From: a virus
DNA: 64,000 nt
Direction: 5' to 3' (one strand)
Virus record (IMG/VR): IMGVR_UViG_3300028025_000091
Location: 1-64,000 of that record
The translations under genes were made by a program, and so were the position numbers. The notes under the pieces were generated by a model. The model had not been told where the DNA came from. It saw nothing but the letters and a program-made list of their open reading frames with translations, and searched no databases. This document shows positions 48,745 through 57,517 of this stretch, one piece after another. Within the stretch, counting starts at the first letter, position 1. Each line of letters starts with the position of its first letter.

Positions 48745-49096
48745 AATCTGTTTCTCGTATAGTAAAGCAAAATCAATCGCTCTTGATTTAGTCAAAGGTG
48801 ATTCTGCTATTGCTGAACTTAAATTAGCCAATAAATTGATTTGGCAATTAAATGAAAAAAGCGATGCTCAAGATAGTTTAGTTACTTTATATATAGATAA
48901 AGAACAAAATTACATGGGACAGATAGCAAATTATGATCAAATCCTTTTAAAACAAGAATCAATCATAACAGGTCTTGAAAGTGATGTTAAAACACTAACT
49001 CGCAAAAACGATATCCTTAAAAAAGGACTTAAATGGTTAGGTGGAGGATTCATGGCTTCCCTACTATCTGTTGTTACATTGGTAACAATTAAATAA
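48668..49096 (+). CDS. Signal-peptide coiled-coil protein with C-terminal TM (candidate spanin partner)
   Basis: SFS|Q signal; hydrophobic C-terminus; 77-bp overlap with the previous gene. Confidence 0.5.
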   Translation: MATKLRILLVLLILSLNSFSQIDTNRICFSYSKAKSIALDLVKGDSAIAELKLANKLIWQLNEKSDAQDSLVTLYIDKEQNYMGQIANYDQILLKQESIITGLESDVKTLTRKNDILKKGLKWLGGGFMASLLSVVTLVTIK

Positions 49097-50697
49097 TGGA
49101 AGAAAGAAATTTAAAACAGGTAATCCGAGAGGAATATATAAAGTGTGCCCAATCACCGGCTTACTTTATGAAAAAATACTGCTACATCCAGCACCCAAAA
49201 CGCGGACGTATTCAGTTTAACCTGTACCCATTCCAGGAAAAAGTACTTACATTATTTCAAGAAAATCCTTACTCAATAGTACTTAAATCTAGACAGTTAG
49301 GTATCTCAACATTAGCAGCAGGTTATTCACTTTGGTTAATGTTATTCCATGAAGATAAAAACGTGCTATGTATTGCAACTAAACAGGAAACCGCTAAAAA
49401 CATGGTTACCAAAGTTAAGTTTATGTACGATAGCTTACCTTCATGGTTAAAAGAAAAAGACAAACCCCAAGAGTTTAGTAAATTAACCCTCCGATTAAAT
49501 AACGGATCTCAAATTAAAGCCACTTCAGCATCAAGTGATGCAGGTCGTTCAGAAGCCGTTACTTTACTAATAATCGATGAGGCCGCCTTCATCCATAACA
49601 TCGGTGAGATATGGGCATCAGCTCAACAAACCTTAGCTACTGGTGGGGGTTGTATAGCATTATCTACTCCATATGGTACAGGTAACTGGTTCCACCAAAC
49701 ATGGGTTAATGCAGAAATGGGTGAGAATAGTTTCTTACCAATTAGATTACCATGGGAAGTTCACCCTGAACGTGACCAAACATGGAGAGATCAACAAGAT
49801 AAAGATTTAGGTATTCGTATGGCAGCACAGGAATGTGACTGTGACTTTACAACTTCTGGTGATACAGTATTCCAACCAGAAGATATTGTGTTTTACGAAC
49901 AATTTCAAATACAAGACCCTCTAGAAAAACGTGGTATAGACCAAAACTTATGGATTTGGGAACCAGCGGATTATTCAAGGAACTATCTGATAGTAGCTGA
50001 CGTAGCGCGTGGCGATGGTAAGGATAATTCGGCGTTTCACATTATAGATGTTGAATCATTCACTCAGGTAGGTGAATATAAGGGACAAATCAGTACTAAG
50101 GATTATGGACATCTATTAGTTAGCATTGCAACGGAATATAATAATGCACTACTAGCAGTCGAAAATCAAAGTGTAGGTTGGTCTACTGTACAAACCATTT
50201 TGGATAGAGGTTATCAAAACTTTTACTACTCCCCTAAAGGTGGAGTTAACAATACAGATTCTTTCTTTGATCCATATATGGATGTAAGCAAGATGACACC
50301 AGGATTTACAATGTCTTCAACGACTCGTCCTATAGCAATTGGTAAATTCCAAGAAGCTGTTATGGATAAAGGAGTTGTTTTCCGCTCTAATCGATTATTA
50401 GAGGAAATGAAAGTATTTATATGGAGAAACGGTAGAGCAGAAGCGCAAGCAGGTTACAATGATGACCTGATGATGGCATTTGCTATTGGTTGTTACTTAC
50501 GTGATACTGCTTTCAAATTAAGACAAAGTAATATGGATATGACTAAAAGCATGCTTAATGGAATTGCTGGTAATACTTCAAAATATTCCGGTGGCTATAC
50601 AAATGGGCCTTCGTATGCTGATAAGTATAATAATAACCCATATCAAATAGATAACCCTTACTCAAATGGCAAAGAAGATATTTCTTGGCTTTTATAA
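49096..50697 (+). CDS. terL: Terminase large subunit (gp17-like)
   Basis: LYPFQ, KSRQLGIST, LIIDEAAF, STPYG, ADVARG.G.D.S, NDDL.MA. Confidence 0.95.
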   Translation: MEERNLKQVIREEYIKCAQSPAYFMKKYCYIQHPKRGRIQFNLYPFQEKVLTLFQENPYSIVLKSRQLGISTLAAGYSLWLMLFHEDKNVLCIATKQETAKNMVTKVKFMYDSLPSWLKEKDKPQEFSKLTLRLNNGSQIKATSASSDAGRSEAVTLLIIDEAAFIHNIGEIWASAQQTLATGGGCIALSTPYGTGNWFHQTWVNAEMGENSFLPIRLPWEVHPERDQTWRDQQDKDLGIRMAAQECDCDFTTSGDTVFQPEDIVFYEQFQIQDPLEKRGIDQNLWIWEPADYSRNYLIVADVARGDGKDNSAFHIIDVESFTQVGEYKGQISTKDYGHLLVSIATEYNNALLAVENQSVGWSTVQTILDRGYQNFYYSPKGGVNNTDSFFDPYMDVSKMTPGFTMSSTTRPIAIGKFQEAVMDKGVVFRSNRLLEEMKVFIWRNGRAEAQAGYNDDLMMAFAIGCYLRDTAFKLRQSNMDMTKSMLNGIAGNTSKYSGGYTNGPSYADKYNNNPYQIDNPYSNGKEDISWLL

Positions 50698-50705
50698 ATT
50701 AAAAC

Positions 50706-52604
50706 ATGGCAAATACAGGACTATTTAGTAGACTACAACGATTATTTTCAACAGATGTAATCATCCGAAACGAAGGAGGATCAAAGTTGAAAGTAATGGA
50801 TGTTAATAAAATCCAAGTTTCGGGTGAATACGAAACAAATGCACTAATCGATAGGTTCAATAGAATCTACACTAACTCACACACATCAATTTATGGTTAC
50901 CAAAGCAGTTTTAATTACCAAACTTTACGCCCCACACTTTATTCCGAATACGATGCAATGGATACAGATGCTATCGTTGCTTCTGCCTTAGACATTATTG
51001 CTGACGAAAGTACATTACGTAATGATATGGGAGAAGTACTTCAAATCCGTAGTTCGGATGAAGATGTACAACAAATTCTATATAACTTATTTTATGATGT
51101 ATTAAACGTTGAATTTAACCTATGGCCTTGGATTCGTAACATGTTGAAATATGGTGATTTTTTCTTAAAATTAGAAATTGCTGAAAAATTCGGTGTATAT
51201 GGAGTAATTCCTTACAACGCATTCCATATCGAAAGACAAGACGGATATGACAGAGACCATCCAGCTTCTGTAAGATTTAGATTTGACCCAGATGGAATTT
51301 CTTCTCCTTCAGATTACGGTTACTACAATGTACCAAACGCTGGTGGACAAGCTAACTCAATTTATTTTGACAACTATGAAATGTCGCATTTCCGTTTGTT
51401 AACGGATACTAACTTCTTACCTTACGGTAGATCTTATTTGGAACCAGGACGTAAATTGTTTAAACAATATACGATGATGGAAGATGCGATGTTGATTCAC
51501 AGAATTGTTCGTGCGCCTGAAAAACGTATATTCTACATCAACGTTGGTAATATTGCACCTGCTGAAGTAGAAAATTTCATGCAGAAAACAATTTCTAAAA
51601 TGAAACGTACTCCATATATTGATCAACAAACAGGTGATTATAACTTGAAGTACAACATGCAAAACTTACTTGAGGATTTCTATATCCCGGTTCGTGGAAA
51701 TGATCAAGCAACTAAAATTGATAACTTAGGTGGTTTACAATACGATGGAATCCAGGATGTTGAATACTTAAGAGATAAATTATTTGCTGCCCTTAAGGTG
51801 CCTAAAGCATTTATGGGTTACGAAAAAGATTTGACAGGTAAAGCTACATTAGCCGCTGAAGACATCAGATTCGCACGCACAATTGAACGCATTCAACGAA
51901 TTGTAGTATCTGAGTTGACTAAGATAGCATTGGTTCACTTATACGCTCAAGGTTATACCGATGAATCATTGACAAACTTTGAATTATCGTTAACTACTCC
52001 TTCTATCATTTACGATCAAGAAAGAATCGCGTTGATGAAAGAAAAAGTTGAATTAGCTAACTCGATGATGGAAGCTAAATTATTACCTACTGACTATATC
52101 TATGAAAATATCTTCCACTTAAGTGAAGATCAATACGATGAATATAGAAACTTAATTGCTGAAGATGCTAAACGCAAATTCCGATTAGCTCAAATTGAAA
52201 ACGAAGGTAATGATCCACTTGAAACAGGAAAATCATATGGTACTCCACACGATTTAGCAGCGCTATATGGTAGAGGTAGATACGATGCAGGTGAAGTACC
52301 TGTTGGATATGATGAAGAAGCTGAATTAGGAAGACCTGAAGAAAAAGTAACTGATAGAGGTACTCAAGACAATGCTTTGGGTAAAGATAGAATCGGATCT
52401 GTAGGTATGAAAAAAGATGGAGATGAATCAGATTCAATAAAACCTAAATTTCAAGGCGGTTCACCTTTAGCGCTAGAGACGAAAACTAAACGAAATCCTA
52501 ACTCAAGAATGTTCAATGATATTAAAAATCAGAAAAAACAAATGATTTTTGAATCGGATATTAAAGGAAACTCGTTATTAGATGAGTCACAGATACGAGA
52601 GTAA
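50706..52604 (+). CDS. gp20: Portal protein (gp20-like)
   Basis: MEDAMLIHRIVRAPEKRIFYI.VGN, EDFYIPVRG, KLFAALKVP. Confidence 0.95.
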   Translation: MANTGLFSRLQRLFSTDVIIRNEGGSKLKVMDVNKIQVSGEYETNALIDRFNRIYTNSHTSIYGYQSSFNYQTLRPTLYSEYDAMDTDAIVASALDIIADESTLRNDMGEVLQIRSSDEDVQQILYNLFYDVLNVEFNLWPWIRNMLKYGDFFLKLEIAEKFGVYGVIPYNAFHIERQDGYDRDHPASVRFRFDPDGISSPSDYGYYNVPNAGGQANSIYFDNYEMSHFRLLTDTNFLPYGRSYLEPGRKLFKQYTMMEDAMLIHRIVRAPEKRIFYINVGNIAPAEVENFMQKTISKMKRTPYIDQQTGDYNLKYNMQNLLEDFYIPVRGNDQATKIDNLGGLQYDGIQDVEYLRDKLFAALKVPKAFMGYEKDLTGKATLAAEDIRFARTIERIQRIVVSELTKIALVHLYAQGYTDESLTNFELSLTTPSIIYDQERIALMKEKVELANSMMEAKLLPTDYIYENIFHLSEDQYDEYRNLIAEDAKRKFRLAQIENEGNDPLETGKSYGTPHDLAALYGRGRYDAGEVPVGYDEEAELGRPEEKVTDRGTQDNALGKDRIGSVGMKKDGDESDSIKPKFQGGSPLALETKTKRNPNSRMFNDIKNQKKQMIFESDIKGNSLLDESQIRE

Positions 52605-52643
52605 AAAAACTTCATATATTTATAAATAAACAAATATAACAGA

Positions 52644-53501
52644 ATGCAAGTTAAACATTCAAAGTATAAAAATACTGGTATCCTTTTCGAACTATTAGTT
52701 CGTCAAATCACCACAGATACATTAGATGGTAAGGATTCACCGGCTAAAGATATACTAAAAAAATATTTCGTTAAAACGGAATTGGGTCGTGAGTACAAGT
52801 TATATGAAACGTTATTGAAAAAAACATCGTTAACTGAAGCTAAAGCAAATATTGTTGTTAGTACATTAACTGAATCTTCACTTACCTTAAATAGAGGGGT
52901 TATTAAACGTCAAAAATATAATCTGATTAGCGAAATCCAAAAACATTATGATTTAAATGAATTTTTTAATCATAAGCTTCCTAATTATAAAGTATTTGCT
53001 GCGTTTTATACGTTGTTAGAAATTACTAACACACCTAAAAACGCTGACCTTGACCAAACGATCAACAATAAAGTGACTATTTTAGAACACTTAACTGCTG
53101 CTCAAATTACAGAAGGTAAAGTACGTGATGAAGTGATGGATGAATTCAATAATGTTGATAAAGATGTACGTTTATTAGCTTATAAAATGCTTTTAGAAAG
53201 TTTCAATACTAAATACGATACATTACATACTAAACAAAAAGAAATTCTTAAAGAGTATATTACTTCAATTGATAATACTTCTCGTTTAAAAGAATTCTAT
53301 ACTAATAAAATTAATGAAATTAAAGAAACATTAACTTCATTAAATGAAAATACTAAAAACGAAGTTACCAAAATCAAAATCAACGAAATTATTAATATCA
53401 TTACCATTCCAGCTAAAAATGCTAAGATAAATGATGATAATCTAGTTGATTTGTTACAATATTACGATTTAATTAATGAATTAGAAACTGTAAATGTCTA
53501 A
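52644..53501 (+). CDS. Head morphogenesis hypothetical protein
   Basis: Late promoter; between portal and protease. Confidence 0.7.
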   Translation: MQVKHSKYKNTGILFELLVRQITTDTLDGKDSPAKDILKKYFVKTELGREYKLYETLLKKTSLTEAKANIVVSTLTESSLTLNRGVIKRQKYNLISEIQKHYDLNEFFNHKLPNYKVFAAFYTLLEITNTPKNADLDQTINNKVTILEHLTAAQITEGKVRDEVMDEFNNVDKDVRLLAYKMLLESFNTKYDTLHTKQKEILKEYITSIDNTSRLKEFYTNKINEIKETLTSLNENTKNEVTKIKINEIINIITIPAKNAKINDDNLVDLLQYYDLINELETVNV

Positions 53502-53994
53502 ACTTAAAGAAATAATTCGTAAAAAACTTAAAGAAGTAAGCGCTACCGGAATGGGTGGCGCTACTGCTATTCCTGGTGAAGGTATAGGAATGGCTACTAA
53601 ATATGCCTTTAAAAAAACTAAAATTAAAGAAGGACCTGGAGCTACTTTAGGTATGGGTCCAAGTGCTGGTTCCGAAGGTGTAAAAGATAATGCTTACGTA
53701 AAGCAATTTAAATATAAACTAGTACCTAAAAAAATTAAAGGATCTGGTTTAGAAGTTAAACAACTTTGGGAAGAAGATATACTAAACGAAGTAAATGAAT
53801 TTCAACAAAAACGTTTAGATGCATTAGATGAAATTGAAACATTAATGAATGAAATAGGTCCATTAATTTCAAACGCTAAAAACGAAACAATTGAACTATA
53901 TAGCGGAAACGCAGGTTCGTATGACATAACAAAACCAATTGAAATGGTAAAGAGTTATCTCCAAGACATAAAACAACTATTATCAGAAAAATAA
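53494..53994 (+). CDS. Probable prohead core/internal protein
   Basis: MSKLKEIIRKKLKE leader. Confidence 0.6.
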   Translation: MSKLKEIIRKKLKEVSATGMGGATAIPGEGIGMATKYAFKKTKIKEGPGATLGMGPSAGSEGVKDNAYVKQFKYKLVPKKIKGSGLEVKQLWEEDILNEVNEFQQKRLDALDEIETLMNEIGPLISNAKNETIELYSGNAGSYDITKPIEMVKSYLQDIKQLLSEK

Positions 53995-55433
53995 TGAAAA
54001 AGACACTACAAGATCAGTATTTGTTAATTAAAGAAGGTAAAGGACACAAAGGTGTTTTTTTAACTGAAGCAAAACGTCAATTCCCTAATATCGTTCGTAA
54101 CGCAGCTACATTTGATGAAGCCGCAGCATCTCTTATTACTAAAAACATTATTACAGAAAATGTAATTGGTTTATCGGTAGTTGCTGGATATGAGCCTAAG
54201 AAAAAAGAATCATACGAAACCGCATTTGAAAATTTCTTAGCAGAGGCTGCTAAAAAGAAAGAAAATGAAGACGAAAAAGTAAAAGCTGAAGAGAAAAAAG
54301 TATCTAAAAAAGTTGAAGAAGATGCTTCCCATAACTTCAATAATTCAGATGAAAAAAATCCTGATAATATGATCTTTGGTCAAATTATGATGGGTTATTA
54401 TGCTGAAATGAAAGATCCTAAAAATGCTGATAAAACGATGCAAGAATTAAAAGACATCGTATTTAAAAATTTATCAAAAGACCCAATTTACTATACAAAA
54501 GATGGTCAATTCGGAGTTAAAGATTTAGGATATACAACTGAAGCGCCTGCTTTAGGTGAACCAAAAGAAGCTAAAGGAAAATACAAATCATCAGGATATG
54601 GTGATTTAAAAGAAGGTGTAGAGAAATTTATGTCTGATGTTAAAGATGCTGTAACTAAAAAAGGTGATAGCAAATTTACACCTGAAGAAATTAAAGCTAA
54701 ATTAAAAAAGAAACGCGAAGAAGAACTTGATCGTAGAAAAAAAGCAGGTGAATCACTTGAAGAAATTACATTACGTGAAGTAATTCAAAATATGATTGAT
54801 GAAGAATTAAATAGAGACGAATATAAAGATGCTTTATTTAAAATGGAACAACCACATTTAAATGATAAAGAAGCATTAGATAATATTCAACAAATATATA
54901 AATCCCATATTGCTGGATTAAATTCAATTAGTCAAGATTTAAAAGAAGGTGTAGAAAAAGATTTAGCTGCTATTAATAAAGAAGCAGAACATGAAGTTCT
55001 ACAATCTAAATTAGAAAAAATTCAAGCACTTATCGACAAAAAACAATCCCAACTAACCAAATTAGATGAGGATGAAGATATGAAAAATCTTACTGACGAT
55101 AAAAAAGTTAAAGAAATTTCAAAAGACATTAAAGCTCTAGAAAAAGCAAAAGCTAAATTAGAAAAATTGATGGGTAAAAAAGGTGGTAAAGCTAAAAAAG
55201 TAGAAGTCATTGATGAGATGGATAATGCTGAAGAAGCTGTAGCTGACATTGCTCCTGAATATATTGAAGATGCTGATAAAAGATTAAGAGCTGGAGAAGA
55301 AATTGATTCAATTCTTAGCAACTATCAAAATTTATCATTTGATGATAGAAATCATTTAAGAAATTACCTTGACTGGAAACAATCCTCAGACATTGGACAA
55401 AGTGAAGAATTAGGAGCTGAAGACCAATACTAA
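53994..55433 (+). CDS. Charged probable prohead core/internal protein
   Basis: K/E-rich with many (L/I)xE sites; adjacent to the protease gene. Confidence 0.6.
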   Translation: MKKTLQDQYLLIKEGKGHKGVFLTEAKRQFPNIVRNAATFDEAAASLITKNIITENVIGLSVVAGYEPKKKESYETAFENFLAEAAKKKENEDEKVKAEEKKVSKKVEEDASHNFNNSDEKNPDNMIFGQIMMGYYAEMKDPKNADKTMQELKDIVFKNLSKDPIYYTKDGQFGVKDLGYTTEAPALGEPKEAKGKYKSSGYGDLKEGVEKFMSDVKDAVTKKGDSKFTPEEIKAKLKKKREEELDRRKKAGESLEEITLREVIQNMIDEELNRDEYKDALFKMEQPHLNDKEALDNIQQIYKSHIAGLNSISQDLKEGVEKDLAAINKEAEHEVLQSKLEKIQALIDKKQSQLTKLDEDEDMKNLTDDKKVKEISKDIKALEKAKAKLEKLMGKKGGKAKKVEVIDEMDNAEEAVADIAPEYIEDADKRLRAGEEIDSILSNYQNLSFDDRNHLRNYLDWKQSSDIGQSEELGAEDQY

Positions 55434-55434
55434 G

Positions 55435-56067
55435 ATGAATAAACAACTACTAATAGAAACCAGACATTTCAGTCCAAAACCACTTACGTTATTGGAAGGA
55501 ATGAAAACCAACGGAAATGTTTTCGTTGAAGGAATATTGGCTACAGTTGAAGTTAAAAACGGTAATGGCCGTTATTACCCTAGAGAATTATGGGAACGTG
55601 AAATCGACAATTTTGCACGTAAAATCCAAATGAAATCTACTGAGACATGTGGTGAATTAGACCATCCTGACTCGCAAGTAATCAACCTTAAAAACGCATC
55701 TCATGCGATACGTGAATTGTATTGGAAAGGTGATGAAATATGGGGTAAAGTAGAAATTTTCTCTGATATGGGTGATTTAGGTACCTCATCTGGTCGTATA
55801 GCTGGAGCGTTAGTTAAAAATGGCCTATTGATTGGTATTTCTTCTCGTGGAATGGGTTCATTAAAACAAGTTGGTGAAATAATGGAGGTACAAGATGACT
55901 TCGAATTATTAACTTGGGATTTAGTTTCCAACCCATCAAATCCAGATTCATGGATGAAAAACGGTGCGTTAAACGAATCACGTACTACATATTTAGATCC
56001 ATACGCTAAAACAAACTCACTTATTACCGAAATTTTATGTGCTAAAGGCACGTGTCCTATATTTTAA
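55435..56067 (+). CDS. gp21: Prohead core protease (gp21-like)
   Basis: KNGNGRYYP, GELDHP, SH, GISSRGMGS, WDLVSNPS. Confidence 0.95.
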   Translation: MNKQLLIETRHFSPKPLTLLEGMKTNGNVFVEGILATVEVKNGNGRYYPRELWEREIDNFARKIQMKSTETCGELDHPDSQVINLKNASHAIRELYWKGDEIWGKVEIFSDMGDLGTSSGRIAGALVKNGLLIGISSRGMGSLKQVGEIMEVQDDFELLTWDLVSNPSNPDSWMKNGALNESRTTYLDPYAKTNSLITEILCAKGTCPIF

Positions 56068-56090
56068 AATATGCAAACCGGTGAAAAACT

Positions 56091-56116
56091 AGCCCTCATT
56101 TGAGGGCTTTTTTTTT
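56091..56116 (+). terminator. Rho-independent terminator
   Basis: AGCCCTCA-TT-TGAGGGCT followed by a long T-run. Confidence 0.85.
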
Positions 56117-56255
56117 CTTTGTGACTTTGAATATATCAACACATACATATAACCCGAATATGTCACTCCCTCACACTATCATGTGACATCAATTAAATGA
56201 ATTCTATTACGTTTTATAATAAACGTACTTTCCCAACAAAATTAATTTAGGAAAA

Positions 56256-57491
56256 ATGGCAACAAACAGAGAAATGCTTAAAGAAGCAATCGCTGACGCT
56301 AAAGCTGTTAAAGAAACTGCAATAGCAAACGCAAAAGCTGCTCTAGAAGAAGCCTTCGCACCTCAATTGAAATCAATGTTATCAATGAAACTTCAAGAAA
56401 TGGAATCCGAAGAGGAAGAAATTAAAGAAGCTGGATTTGGAGATTTTGACACTAAAGAAAACACTACATTCAATACAATGGGTGAAAAAGCTTTAGATGA
56501 AGAAGAAGACATGACGAATGAAATTGATTTGGAAGAACTTTTAGCGGAGCTAAACGAAGAGGAAGATGTGGAAGAATCTATCAACGAAGCCGAAGAAGAG
56601 GAAGAAGACGAAGAGTCTGAAGAATCTGAAGAAGGTGAAGAAGAAGGTGAACCAATCGAACTCGAAGACATGACAGACGAAGATCTAAAAGACATGATCG
56701 AAGATGTTATTAAAGACATGATTTCATCCGGAGAACTTGAAGCTGGTCACGAAGGTGGAGAAGGCGAAGAAGAAGGTGAAGAATCAGAAGAAAGCGAAGA
56801 AGAAGAAATCGACTTAGCAGAATTATTAAGAGAAATCGAAGAAATGGAAGAACCAGTAGACGAAATCTTTGGAATTAAACCAGGTGCAGTTAGACGTTTA
56901 GAAAAGTCAATGCCTGGATTCTTAGACAAAGTTAAAGCTATGGATTCCCCAGAAGAGAAAGCAGCTGCATTAAAAGCAATTGCTGATCCTGCAGGTGAAT
57001 TCAAACGTGGATTCGAAAGCGCTTCATCTTGGATGAATGATGTATCTTCAATCTTTGACTATGTAGGTGCTAGAAGCCCATTCAAAACCTCAGTAGGTGA
57101 TACAGGTGTACCATCTCCATCAGGTGCGAATGAAGCTATGAAAGCTGAATTAGACGAAGCTATTTCAACAATCGAAGCTCTTAAGTCTGAATTGAACGAA
57201 ATCAATTTGTTAAATGCTAAATTGCTTTACACAAATAAAATCTTCAAAGCTAAAAACTTGAATGAAAGTCAAAAAGTGAAAGTGTTAAGTTCTTTTGACA
57301 AAGCTAAAAACGTAGGTGAAGTGAAAATGGTATTTGAAACATTAAACGAGGGTATTAAAGTTTCTAAAAACATCATTAAAGAAAACCTAGGTAGTGCTTC
57401 TAAAGGAACAATGACGCCTAACGTTAAAAAACCAATCGTAGAGTCAAACGAGGCATTCTTAAGAATGCAAAAATTGGCTGGAATTATTTAA
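56256..57491 (+). CDS. Prohead scaffold protein (gp22-like)
   Basis: Very acidic coiled coil between protease and capsid genes; C-terminal RMQKLAGI. Confidence 0.8.
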   Translation: MATNREMLKEAIADAKAVKETAIANAKAALEEAFAPQLKSMLSMKLQEMESEEEEIKEAGFGDFDTKENTTFNTMGEKALDEEEDMTNEIDLEELLAELNEEEDVEESINEAEEEEEDEESEESEEGEEEGEPIELEDMTDEDLKDMIEDVIKDMISSGELEAGHEGGEGEEEGEESEESEEEEIDLAELLREIEEMEEPVDEIFGIKPGAVRRLEKSMPGFLDKVKAMDSPEEKAAALKAIADPAGEFKRGFESASSWMNDVSSIFDYVGARSPFKTSVGDTGVPSPSGANEAMKAELDEAISTIEALKSELNEINLLNAKLLYTNKIFKAKNLNESQKVKVLSSFDKAKNVGEVKMVFETLNEGIKVSKNIIKENLGSASKGTMTPNVKKPIVESNEAFLRMQKLAGII

Positions 57492-57517
57492 TTTTAAACT
57501 AAAAACAAAAAACAAAA

